Below, piece by piece: positions 1-12,487 of a stretch of DNA of 39,257 nt; within the stretch, counting starts at the first letter, position 1; each line of letters starts with the position of its first letter. The notes beneath the pieces were generated by a model that was given only the letters and a program-made list of their open reading frames with translations, ran no database searches and was not told where the DNA came from. Source of the DNA: Basidiobolus ranarum (lineage: Eukaryota); assembly GCA_040143965.1 (NCBI GenBank), contig JASJQH010000043.1, positions 1 to 39,257 of the forward strand, in the 5' to 3' direction. Both the position numbers and the translations under genes were made by a program.

Positions 1-871
1 CTGCTAATGGGCCGGGAGAGGCTATCTCGCCATCAATCTATTCCTCACTAGTGAGCCTCTGGCCTTACGCAAAGGTTAAATACAGACACTGACATTCCTC
101 CATATCAAACTAGGTTTATGTATAAGCAGTTGGGATTCAAGTGGGGCAAAATGTCTATGTTTTGAAAAATTGCTGTTGTGCATAGATGCTACTAAAAAGC
201 GAGCAGTAACTAATAGATGTCCAATATAATTCTAGGCGAATGCCGAAGGCAGGATATGCCTTAGGTCTGTAAACGAGCAAGGTCACGAGTTAATTTGAAA
301 CAACATCAGCTGGAATGCCCGTCACTACCATATGGGCCATTCCAAGTCATTGAGTTACAAGTTCCATGGCCGAGGCAAGTAGTACATTAAGCTACTTCGA
401 AAATAAAAAATACAACTGGTGCGATCTGAACATGCTTCTCGTTTCGAATTTGAAATGGCAGTGTTAGTTGCTATGATAACACCTGATGTAATATCCAGCT
501 ACAAAAAGGAGTGCGTTTAACTTAGAGTTTCAGGAGCATCGGCTCCTGAAATTCAGGTGATGCATGAAAGCATGCTACGAGTTGTTGTGCTCTATATTGG
601 TAGGAACTGCGATTATGGTTTATCCCTATTGCTACCCTACTTGATTTGGCTAATTCAAATCAATCATCAACTATAGAACCAGTATATTAGGAAGGTTTAA
701 TAAGGAGTGTGAATCAACTCATATATGGATCCAATGACTCCGCTTCTTGATCTGATTGAGATCAGCATATTTGCATACACTATTATGAATATATAAATTA
801 AACAGATAACTTGCCTGCAATAAATATGAGACATACCCTTTGCTCTACTACTCTTTTTCTTCAATCCCATC

Positions 872-1819
872 ATGTTTGACATTAACTACACTAGGCTTAA
901 CTTGCCTTCTAAAGGTGCTTTGTCGCAAAAAAAGCCCATTCTAATTGTGGCTGTCATTATATCTCTTGTCGTGATGACTTTCCTACTTCACAATACATAT
1001 CAATCTCAATTTGGCTTAGCTGACGACCAAGTGGTAACATCCGGCGGAGTTCGTATGAGGGCCAAACCCAAGCCCTCAGAAATTGCCATTGTTATGGCAT
1101 ACGATGAAAAAGAATCATACTACCTTCCACGTTCTAGGGATAATAAGGAAGAGTATGCCAAGAAACACGGATACAAATTTCTACAAGATAACATTTATGA
1201 TAAGAGTAGAGGGCCGGTAAGTATTTCTTTCTTCTACATGGTTAAAATATCCTTACTTAAGTGCCCCTACAATACATAGGCTTGGGGGAAAATACTTTCA
1301 CTTCGCAAGTATATGAGAACATATCCATCTATCAAATGGTTCTGGTGGATTGATGTAGACACAGTCTTAATGGATCCCACGCTCGCCTTGGAGGATCACG
1401 TACTTGTCAATTTAACTAAGCCCGAGTATTCAGGCAAAGATATGGTCATATCATACGATTGTAATGGTCTCAATGCTGGAAGTTTTTTTATCCGCAACAC
1501 TCCTTGGTCTCAAGATTTCCTTGCTTTAGTTTACGAGCCTCAATATAGCACTCGATTTGGATATGCTGAGCAGGGAACAATGCAGCATCTTTACGAGACC
1601 TCACCTGAAATTGCCGAGCATTTCTACTTCGTTCCTCAAAATTTAATCAATGCATTTCCAAACGAAGCTTGTGGAGACCAGGATTCCATCCATGCATATA
1701 AAGAGGGAAATCTTATTATTCATTTTGCTGGCTGCTGGATTCCAAGCAGAGACAACTGTAAGGCACGCTTCGATGAATTTTGGGGTCGTAGAATCCCTGC
1801 TTTTCCTGAGGCATTGTGA
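872..1819 (+). CDS. GT34 (GMA12/MNN10 family) Golgi galactosyl/mannosyltransferase, type II membrane protein; exons 872-1216, 1280-1819
   Basis: N-terminal TM segment (PILIVAVIISLVVMTFLL), NKEEYAKKHGY, spliced junction RGP|AWGKI, DXD motif WWIDVDTVLMD, GLNAGSFFIRN, EQ motif and IHFAGC. Intron 1217-1279 (GTAAGT...TAG) keeps the frame. Confidence 0.9.
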
Positions 1820-3128
1820 TCCAGATGGATTCTCAATAGCACCCCAATTCAACTTGTACCATTTCGTTAAATATTAACCTGTACAAAATAGCCTGCGGAC
1901 ACACTGAGGATAATGATGTGGTGAGCAGTGATTGTGCAATATTTGAACGAGCTATTTTGATGATGTTAAACCTTTGAATGTGTCTTTTTATGTATGTAAC
2001 ATGACGTGTCGTGTTCTAGATTCTCTACCCCGCAATGCTTCAATCAACTTTAAAATTCCGACCAACGTAATAAATCGCGAATCTATATCAAAGCTATATA
2101 GAACCTTCTATCTGGGATTTAATTTCAGTTAGGAGTTCAACCTATAGCAACGGAATCCTGCAATAAACACGAAATACAGAACCCTTAACATCTACACCAT
2201 CCATATCTCTTCCACAACCCTCTGTTAGAACGAGGGCCGGACATGAATGTAGGAATACCTATTGAATTCAGTTATTCTTTGGTTGGAGTTATACAAGCCT
2301 TTTGGCCACTTTTCGGGATAAATTACCCCTTTGAACGGAAATATGCAGTTGCGTTTCGTAGCAATGCTCTACATGATGTTTCAACTGAGCACAAATACTA
2401 GTTATGATCAAGCACTCTACAAATAATTGGATATCGAGCCAGAGGAAGTATATTGTATCATCGTTTACCTATCACACATGCTAGGAGGTTAGGCTGATTA
2501 GACTGTTCTAGTAACAAAACAATCAAAGAGATTCATGTTTACTAGCTGTAAAATAAATTAGGGAAATCATCAATAACCACTTGATTGAGATAGTGTTCGA
2601 CTGCGTATTAGATTGATACCGAGTAGGTTGTTTTTACAGAACAAATATTTGTCGGTAGTTGTAACATCTCCAAAGTAAAGTAAGGTTACTAAGTGGCACA
2701 TATATATCCTTCTTGCAATAGTTATTTTGGAATTCAGTCTTCAGCGCGACGGTGAGTTACCAATCACCTCTCTTTCTCACAATCGATATCAGTGCAGCTT
2801 ACGCTTGTCTTTCTCAAAATCTAAGTTCTATTGAAAACAAATGGGGCTGAAGATTATCAAACGGCATGAGAGATATCATTTACTCCCATGCAATACAGAG
2901 CAAGTTACCGAGCATCAATTCTGAATTTAGTGCTATATGAACTGAAGGCACAGACAGGCCTATAATTTTTCAATCTATATTGCGATTGTCATGGAAACAA
3001 GGCAATTTCTTTTTCATCAATTGGCTCGGAACTACCGTGGTATTATCACCATTTCCAGCAAAAATTTTACTACACAGTCGTCAAATACATCTGTTACTCC
3101 TTCCACATTCTGAAACTTGACGTTTACT

Positions 3129-3604
3129 ATGTTCGGAGTCGTTAGAGCTATTTGCCGTGGTGCTAGAAGAGACCCCATGACCTCCAAGAGAGGTCACAAC
3201 TACTATAAAGGTTCGACCCACTCGCAAACTGCTAATTACATGTTTTTAGAAAGCAAATTATCTAAACTTTGATTTTATAGGTAAGGGTAGTGGTGCTATG
3301 GGTCGTCATACTAAACATGGTAAGTAAAAAGTATACTACTGACAATATATGGAATATTTAACTCAAAGGTGAATATTTTTAGGTGGATATCTTATTGATT
3401 ACAACAAGGTTCGCACATACGTTGTTCCTGATCTTGCCGATTGTCAGGTACTGTACTGGGTCTAGATATTTTTTACACTTTTTGCATTAACATTAACGCC
3501 ATATCTGGTAATAGTTCAAACCATACGTTTCCCACCGTACTGAGAAGATTGCTACCACCATCACAGCTCAAGATTTCCTCACTTCAGCTACCAAAACCGA
3601 GTAG
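3129..3604 (+). CDS. MRPL27: Mitochondrial ribosomal protein mL41 (yeast Mrpl27); exons 3129-3210, 3281-3319, 3383-3447, 3515-3604
   Basis: Absent from the ORF track because the exons are small. Splicing three GT-AG introns gives MFGVVRAICRGARRDPMTSKRGHNYYKGKGSGAMGRHTKHGGYLIDYNKVRTYVVPDLADCQFKPYVSH..., matching the mL41 signature (YKG.G...G.HTK.G.Y......RTYVVP....KPYV). Confidence 0.92.
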
Positions 3605-4892
3605 TTTTATTTCCCTGTCATGTCTATAAAGTTGTCGCATCCTTTTTGTACCAATAAATCACTTCATTTGGGTTTTTGCTAGCGCTAAGTGCATTCCTTT
3701 GATGAATCGCGATATCAAGTTTAGGTTTCCTAGGCCACTGCTTTCATGAGCACCCCAGAGAGGGAAATCACTGAGAGTACATGTAAAAGTGTCTCGAACC
3801 ATCCATTGATTGACTATACTATAAATATCAAGAAATATGGGGAGATGAAGTCAAAATGAATTGTGAAGAACATCAAACTACACGTGACTGTTTTGTTCAT
3901 CTTAGTCGTCGCGCAAACCCACTTTTCGCCTACTGATAACTGATAACGCATAGCCTACGTGGAGAATGCATCGTCAAGTGGAGTCGTAAATTATCATGAA
4001 TTAATAACTGCACTGGTGATAAATAAGCTAGTCCCTCTGTTGCAAACGGGTCTTTCTGGTCATGAGGGGGCATTTGTGATGATTGAGGGCGGGTCTGCGT
4101 TCTGGCCAAGCATCACTTTCAACCCCTGCTTTCCCTGAAAATATATCTTGAGCGGCCTGTAAAGTGTGGCACTGCATACCAAGCCTGCCAGTTGAGTAAG
4201 TTGCCATGGGCTGCTGTCGACAACACATAAATCGACCACATTCGTGTTGTGCAAAAGGCCCCATGTAAATGCCTCCATAAGCAAGAGAATTATCGGTGAG
4301 GCTCCATACTATTTAGGCCAAGACATATTTCCGACTGTACGAAAGATCCCGGTGGCTTCTTTCATATCACAATGGTTCGGTAGACTTCCTAGACAACGAC
4401 GGAGATAAACCAAAGACGGATCAGCATTGTTATCCCACAATCAATTTAGAGTTCGAGGGGGAAATCACTAATCAAAGCTCATTCGTAGTGTTCGTTCGTC
4501 TCTTAAGAAAACACCCAATCTAACTTTCTTTTTGAATCACAAGGTTGTCTTTGATTTCATCATATTGATCAAAACAAATTCCCTATACATCTTTTTTAGA
4601 AACTGCTTCTGGATCAAACATAAATCTCATTTCTTAACCCTTTAAATTATCGAGGGTAACTTCTATTAAAACACTAACTCTGAATCTTCTGGTGCAGGGA
4701 AGCAATACTATGTTACTATTTTGGGAACAATATGTTATTTGCGGCTTATTGTTACTTGTCATGCAGCATTATTGTCTATCTCACAATAATTCGTTTATTT
4801 GCGCATGATTTTGTGCTTTTCGGTATTTCATTAAGTGGCTACTGTATCTTTTGTTCCAATATGATAACTTAAATATACTGCTCTATCCCACT

Positions 4893-4927
4893 TTTCTCTC
4901 TCTCTGTCTCTCTCGCCTTCTCTCTGT
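4893..4927. repeat. Imperfect (CT)n microsatellite upstream of TMEM170
   Basis: tttctctctctctgtctctctcgccttctctctgt. Confidence 0.6.
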
Positions 4928-4983
4928 GCTTCAACAGTTTTCTATAAAGTTGCTTATGGGGTTTACCTTTGTGGCTTAGCCTC

Positions 4984-5566
4984 ATGTTTCAAACCGAAGT
5001 TTTTTTCCCCATTCCAGTTGACTACACTACTCCGCCTTGGCCTTCTCTATACTGGCCTTTAAAACCTGAAATAGACAGTGGACAACTATTTTATTTGAAT
5101 GGTTCGTAAGGTCAATATTTATTTTGAGTGTCTTGAGAGAAAGAGAAATATACAACAAGCATTGCCCATAGTAACAGAACTTCATTTGTATCTTGATAGA
5201 CATTTGGCGATTTACGACGCTCTGGTCACTGATATTCGCGTTTCTTGTGTATACAAGTCTAGGTGCTTGGGCCGTACTTGTTTTCCGCAAAAGTAACTGG
5301 TCACTCTCAATACTACCCCTGTTTGTATTCTTTGGTCTAATTTCCGCTTTCTTCACGGGATCTCTTACAGGTATTATTTTATGATTCTGATAAGTCAGAA
5401 CAGACAACCATTGAAACAGTTTCGTATATACTTAGGCTGTGTTCTTGGGATAATTTACAAAGCAGGATCTTTTCGAATGTCAACTTGGATTCCTTTCTTA
5501 TGGAGCTTCATCTTTACCCTATTAGGAATTCTAAACTCTTACTCTACCCTCACCTCAATATTATGA
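4984..5566 (+). CDS. TMEM170-family small ER membrane protein; exons 4984-5101, 5200-5370, 5436-5566
   Basis: Spliced protein has PPWPSLYWP...LFYLNDIWRFTTLWSLI...G.IYKAGSFRMSTWIPFLW, the fungal Tmemb_170 pattern, with three hydrophobic segments. Two GT-AG introns preserve the frame. Confidence 0.85.
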
Positions 5567-6713
5567 GGAAACCATCTAATACCTCCCTGTTACTCACCTT
5601 TAGCAGTCTTAGCAGTTGAAAATAATTCCCACCCTTGAATATTCACTATCACTACATATCGATTACTAGTCCTGTGTTTATTTTATAGACGAAAACCACG
5701 ACTGCCTGTATATATAATAGTACCTTTAGAGATAGATAAAATGTTAATTTCAACCTTAGTCTTGACAGCCCTCGTAGAAAATCCTTGCCCCGCAATGAGC
5801 CGTAGTTTGTAGTATTATTTTGATAGTTTACATTTTTGAATAAAAGCTAGGGCATCATGTGACGGTCATCGCTTGGCCAATGATTAGGTAACATAAGCTG
5901 ACTTGAGCACACCACTACTTGCGCTCCATGTAGTGATTGATGTATTAGTGTTACTACTGTGCTTTGATGCTGCTATATATTATTATGGTGGCCATAGATA
6001 AGAGATAAATCTGAGCTGAAGTAACCATTGAACACAGTGATTGGTGTTCAGGTGAGGTTGACAGAGGCCTTCCTATGAATTTGGAACTTTTTAGACATCA
6101 CTAGATTTGCTCTGGTTACAGTGCCTGTAAAACCATCCGCCTGGTGCGGCTTTATCCCAAGATGAGGCAAATCAGTGCCTGTGGCTATTTGGCTGATACT
6201 CAAAAGTATCGATGACCTTTCGTAAACCTTATTAAACAAGTAAATGCGTTATAAAGCAGAGTGGAGGAGGGGGGTTAGATTTGCCTTATTGTCTAAATTC
6301 CAGGATAACATACCAATCGTTCTTAAAGTTCGCCCCTTCGTAGTCACATGAATTAAGGTACCAAGATCCATATGATCGCAGCATTATCGTGAGTGCTTCG
6401 TCATAAAAGCCACCCCCCGATAATATACTAAATTATGTTGTGCAGAATTACGCAGGCTCTATCCTTGTGGCAAGCATTACTTGATGCATATATTGAGATC
6501 CTACTAATTTAGAAACTTATATTTACCGATATATGGGGGTCTCACTTGTGAGGTACGAAAGGATGTGTGTGGATTAAATCACCTGGATACCATCATTAGT
6601 GCAATGCGAGTGAAGTCAATAAATATCCAGCCTTTTCCACCTTATCACTTCGGTTCTGGCTAGTTTGCGTGCCTACAGCTTGGCTGTCAATACCACAATC
6701 AATTCCCGAAATC

Positions 6714-7097
6714 ATGGACTCTGACTGGTGTATTGTTTGTGATAAGCATCTCAACTCCTTGGTAATACATTTTCACAAGAGTTTAAGTTGAGAGTTGACA
6801 TTTGACCTTTGCTAACACTTTACTGCTTAGGGTGGCTTGTATTGCAGTGAAGCTTGCCGGCACAAAGAACAGCTGAAAAGCTCTGCCATTTCCGTTAACC
6901 TCAGTACATCTTCAGGTGCTCAAGTGAAACTACTATCGAAGGAACAGTTTCCTTACACTATAAAGTTTCACAAGAGGAGTACCTGTTATCGACCATTATT
7001 CCCAAAGTGTTATCCACCAGCTCGAACCCTTTCACATCGTGCTTCACGTCGTTTTTACTCCACTGTGTTGAAAGACAAAACTCTTGTGAAATGCTGA
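6714..7097 (+). CDS. Ecl1-family (extender of chronological lifespan) small Cys-motif protein; exons 6714-6761, 6831-7097
   Basis: Spliced N-terminus MDSDWCIVCDKHLNSLGGLYCSEACRHKE fits CxxCD...LYCSxxCR. Intron 6762-6830 has a GCTAAC branch site. Confidence 0.8.
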
Positions 7098-7615
7098 CTC
7101 AACACTTGACCTTGTATTACCAGTGCTTTTCCGTTGTAAAATAGCCATAAATGACTTTACTACTATGAGTTTATTTTTTCGGCTAACTTTAGCTCAAGAA
7201 AAGTAAAATCTATAGTTCAATCATTTGATGTTTCTATTTTATTTTCGTATTCACTCTAATGGTTTAGTAGTAACAGCACAAGTAACCCGCCATATGAATG
7301 ACATTAACTCCCATTCAATTTAACTTGTCTCAAATATGTAACCTTGAAGTTAAACAGTTATATCATAACAAACTGAACGGTTTACAATTAAAAGGTTTGG
7401 TAGACCAATAGTGGTAGCAGGGTTGTATTTGGTTCGGGTAGAAGTGGCTATTGTTCTTGATCAGATATGATTTTTCAGGTAAACTTATTGATTTGATATA
7501 GGCAATCACCCTTCTGATTGTTTTGTTGAGTGATCAGTAAATAAAATCATTTACTTCAAGTGTGAAATATATATATATACATATATGAATGCAGTTAAAC
7601 AAGTCTGCAGTGGGT

Positions 7616-10600
7616 ATGTCAACTATTATGTCTAGCCTGAGCACCTCAACCTCGCCTCTCTTTAGTGAACTCTGTCGACTTTTTGAATCGATAGCAGCGA
7701 AGAGTATATGGGACTGGAAAAGACGGAAAATGGAGAGATTCACTCAGGTTGCTAACTTAACATATAAGTGAAGTTTTCAAATCTTCTTTTCACTAAGATT
7801 TTCTTTAGAGTTGGCGAAGTAGATACGAGTCGTTCTTTAGTGTGATGCGCTTAATGCTTCCACATGTAAAAAAATGATTTTATTGAACCTCCAGCTTCTA
7901 TGGAACTTATTTTTGTCGGTTTTATCAATTTAGTTGGATAGAGAACGAGCTAGCTATGGTATGAAAGAAAAAGTATTAGCGCGTACTTATATCGCAGTTT
8001 TGGGCCTAGATAAAGACTCCGACGACGCTAATAGTCTATTAAATTGGCGTCTACCTGGAAAAAGTCACCAGGTATGTTGACGTGAAACAGTAATTTGAAG
8101 GCAATATATCGTTTAGCAGTTTTATATTCGATAATAAAGAGGACAACTGGGGACTTCGGCGATGTTCTTTACGAGGTTTTGATACATCGTTCAGTTGTTG
8201 TAGGTAAAGGAAGCCTTACCATAGACGATATCAATGATCAATTGGATAACTTAAATAAATGCGTGAACAGGTTCAAATCGTCAGCTTCAATGTTTATATA
8301 TGCTCTTGAAAGTTACTCATGCGTTTTTGTAATAGGGAAGAGGAACAAGCAGTTATAAGCCATTTGTTTCGATACACTACTGCGCTTGAACAAAAGTGGA
8401 TTGCTCGTATTATATTGAAAGGTTCGATCTCATATTCGAGTGACAGTTATCTTGCATGTTACTCATAAAAGGCACCAGAGTTCAGAATTGGGCTTTCAGA
8501 GAGACTCGTATTTGGTGTCTATCATCCCGATGCCTACAAGCTTTTCAATGTTTGTAGTAACCTTAGGAAAGTATGCGATGATTTAAAGGATCCAGCAATC
8601 AGAATCAAATCGCAGGTAATCTGGTTGACTCATTGATGGTCTTTATTTTTAAACAAAGATCCAAACTAAAACCACAACAGGATTTGAACATATTCCATCC
8701 CTTTAAACCTATGCTATCCAAAAGATCTGCTATTTCAAACATCGTCAAGCTTATGAACAACAAGCCGTTTTGGATAGAAGCAAAGTTGGATGGGGAGCGA
8801 ATCCAACTTCATAAACGTGGAACAGAATATCAGTATTGGACGAGGTAGGATTCCGTAGCAGTCCCAGTGTATAGTGAACTGTTTTCAAACGATTCCTAAT
8901 AGGCATGCTAATGACAATACAGCCTTGTATGGTCCTGACCCATTTACTGGTTCATTGACACCTCATATACACAAGCTTTTCAACTCCAAAGCGAAAAAGT
9001 AAGCCATCCGAGTATATAGATCACTGCTATCTCCTAACGTAAACTATATTGTAGTTGCATTTTAGACGGAGAGATGGTTGCTTACGACCCTCTTCAAGAT
9101 GCACTTCTTCCCTTTGGATCTTTGAGATCCGCTAGCAAAGGTAAAGTGATGTCTCACTCTAACAATGATCTACAGAAGATTACTGACCTTTTGAAGATGA
9201 AAGCTCGACGCATCATAAAATTCAGCCATGTTGTATCTTTTTTCTGTTAATGTAGAAAGTTGTGGTTCTTAGGTTCCTCTCTGTTCAGTTTATTCCTTAA
9301 CAACAGTTTCTCAAAGTTATGGTGTTTGACATTGTTTTTTGCAACAACACACCGGTAATTGATCAGCCACTATCTGAGCGCAGAAAGCTACTGAAAAATG
9401 TTGTGGAAGAGTGCGACGGATATCTCCATGTGATCGACCATATAGAAGCTGCCTCAACAAAAGAAATATGCGATATAATGGACCAGGCTATTGTTGAAAG
9501 GTTTCCCAATGTAACGAATACTTTTGTAACGTGTATGCGCATCTAACTATTTCTCAAATAGAGGTGAAGGGATAATAGTAAAGAATCCGCATGGAATCTA
9601 CTCTCCAAACGACAGAAACTCCAATTGGCTGAAGTTAAAGCCTGAATATGTTGACAGCCTTGCTGATGATTTGGATTTATTAATTGTTGGTACGTAACTA
9701 TATAGTAGATGCTCCTGTTGATCACTTCTAATTCATCCCATAGGGGGCTATTACGGCACTGGAAGTCGTGAAGGTCGAATTTCTCGGTTCTTGTGCGCAG
9801 TCCTAGATGACACCTTGTCTTTAAGCCACGAGATGCGGTACATACATTGCCATAAAACATTCCTTTCGGATTACTTGAGTACTGAATATTCGTGTGTAGA
9901 TTCAAATCATTTTGCCGTGTAGGGACTGGTTACACGTCGCAGCAGATTGAAAACTTCAAGTTTGTAGCGAAGAGGTATCAGATCGATATTTCCTTCTCAC
10001 TAATCAATTGCTTCTAGCGCTGAAACTAAGGACCATTGGCTTCCTTATAATACCCAGGACCCACCAACCTGGCTTAATGTAGCAAGCAGCGGTAGAGAGA
10101 AGCCAGACGTATATATTTATCCTACTCAGTAAGTAGTGACTTTACATTGATTTCTCTGAGTGGATTCTAATACATCGCTGTTGTCTAGTTCTAAAGTTGT
10201 CCAAGTAAAGGGAGCGGAGGTCATAGTCTCCAGTATGTAACTGGCATTCATATTTTAAAATGTATGAAATTTTGATCGGTTGATTTTGATTAGCCAGCTA
10301 TGGTGCTGGGTACACTCTGCGGTTTCCAAGATTTGTTCAGTTCCGAGACGACAAAACATGGAAAGACGCTATGAAAATCTCAGGTTAGGGTATGAGGATT
10401 ATGAAATTGTTGGACTAATATTAACTCCTCAAGTACAGAATTGATTCCTCTAAGAAAAGAAGCTTCTACTCTTTTCACCAGAAAAGTCAGTGACCTATCA
10501 CACAGGTATATTCATCTTTACTTTTATAATATTTGCTTGCTCTCACAAACCCTGTTCAGCCAAGAGATAAGCAAGAAGCCATCAAAGCGGAGAGTAAGTG

Positions 10601-12054
10601 GAAGTGTAGACTCGATTTTACTACGATGTACTTATGACAATACCAGAAAGTCCCCACTATATTTCCTTCCAGTCTAACGGGTGCTCCATCATCAAAAATG
10701 AAAATTCAATCAGAGATATTTTCGAATAAGAGCTTTTGTATCCATTTGTCTGATTGCGTTCTCGTCCAATTCGATTCAATATGTCTATTTATTGCTTCCC
10801 TAACTCGTATAGATGTTATGTTTGGAGACGAAGAGAATGACAAGCATGAGCTAGAAAATCTGGTCAAACTCCATGGAGGCAATTTCTACCAAGATGAAGG
10901 CGCTCAAGATAATATTGTGGTGATATCAGGCACACTGAGTAAGTCCCTCTTGTCACAAGAATATACTCACCTTTAACTCTCTTGTTCGCGAAGACATTTA
11001 TATTGTTGCTTCACCTTAAATAGAATGGAGTGTCAGAAATTTGATTAAGCGAGGCACCCATAACATCTTCTTGCCTTCATGGATAAGAGAATCTATTCAG
11101 TCAAATTCCGTACTGCCTTTCAAAAAAAGGTATGCTTTGATGATTACCTTCACTTGTGAAAGTTGGCATCTGAATGGGTCTTAATAGGCATTTCTTGTAT
11201 GCTACTTTGGAAACCGAGATTGGATTTTACAAAGATATGGATCGTTTTGGAGATAGTTACACCGAAGAGTTGACTGCTCATACCTTGAGAGATGTACGTG
11301 TATGTTTGCACACACTGGGGTGTGAAGTTTATTAATCCATCGTGGATGTTAGATCATAGATAAGATGGATTCATCGAATATTCTGAGCTGTGCGGATCAC
11401 CTAAACCGTCAAATTGTGCAGGAAGTTGAAGAGAGATACTTTGAATCCGAAAGACTTCCTGGAGGATTATTCAGATCATGTATCTGCTATCTCGACGTTC
11501 TTACAAGTCTGAATGATGTTTCTAGTAAGATGGATCATTCAAGGTAATTCTTATATTCCTAATGAATAGTATGCGATAATTTAGTGCTTCTTCTTGATAC
11601 GTGCAGTTTGACCGTCACCGAATATATGCTGAGATTTTATGGAGCCGAAATATCGACTTGCCTCGACTCTACTGTGACTCATGTGTTGTTCTCGGATGAA
11701 GATCCAAGTAGAATCGTCGAGATTAGTAAATATATCACCAGGTAGGTTTGACCCATGATTGCTTTACTGTTATTGAGATTTCTGCATGGAACTGATATTA
11801 GCTGTAGATTTGAACGTATTCCCGAACTTGTCACCACATCTTGGGTATCAGACTCGATTACCGAGAAATCCCGGCTGCCTGAACAGTGTAGGGCTCTATG
11901 ATATCATCGCAGGGTACATGTTGATTTTTAACATGGATCTATTGATTTTTTAGTGTATCGACCTCAAAGAGACAAAGGCTTCGAAGAAATACCGAACGGA
12001 TCCACATGGGGCTTACTAAAATTAAAACGGTCAAATCCACTTAAGCCTGCTTGA
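7616..12054 (+). CDS. LIG4: DNA ligase IV (NHEJ ligase), about 27 exons and 26 introns; start ATG could be 7589, 7616 or 7628
   Basis: Reconstructed motifs: [35 protein letters not shown], motif [63 protein letters not shown] and TLRFPRF. These are followed by two BRCT domains with the DRFGDSY inter-BRCT segment. Stop TGA at 12052-12054. Confidence 0.95.
9233..9316 (+). other. Probable U12-type (minor) GT-AG intron in LIG4
   Basis: 5'SS GTATCTTTT; branch TTCCTTAAC at 9293-9301, close to the 3' AG at 9315-9316. Removal restores QPC-F-MVFD. Confidence 0.8.
10738..10812 (+). other. Probable second U12-type GT-AG intron in LIG4 (first BRCT domain)
   Basis: 5'SS GTATCCATT; branch-like TTCCCTAAC at 10796-10804; 3' TAG at 10810-10812. 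Removal gives IFSNKSF-Y-VMFG, the BRCT beta-1 strand. Confidence 0.65.
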
Positions 12055-12487
12055 AATTCATCTATTAGATAAACTCTCTTTTCTCTTACTGCCCAAGTAG
12101 TCTCGTCAAACTCATCTATTCACTTTCCGAATTACCTTGAATTTCGTATCTAATAGCAGTAGAAGTATACATAGTACCAAAATAATATCTCCATGAACAC
12201 TTGTTCAATCTAAGATCATTTGTGATGAACGTACCAATTAGCACTAGTAATTCAACTCCATTGCAGGACTTGAGTGTAATAGAGTGTTACGCAGAATTTT
12301 AATCAAGTACAAACTACATCCAAACTTAATTAGAACTTCACCATGTAGAAAGTATTAGATTTAGGTGAAGTTTATTCATGCAATGATGATTGGTAGTACC
12401 ATTGTGGGGTGAAGAAGGCAAGGAAGAACAGTGAGTGATTGAGGGATACAATGAGGACAAATGGAAGTGTTCAAAGTGCGACAATAT

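Noticed and set aside
4072-4142. C/D snoRNA-like layout (attt-GTGATGA...CTGA-aaat)
   Set aside because: No clear C'/D' boxes and no rRNA complementarity I could recognise; snoscan would be needed.
4956-4979. uORF MGFTFVA just before the TMEM170 ATG
   Set aside because: The TSS is unknown and short uORFs arise often by chance.
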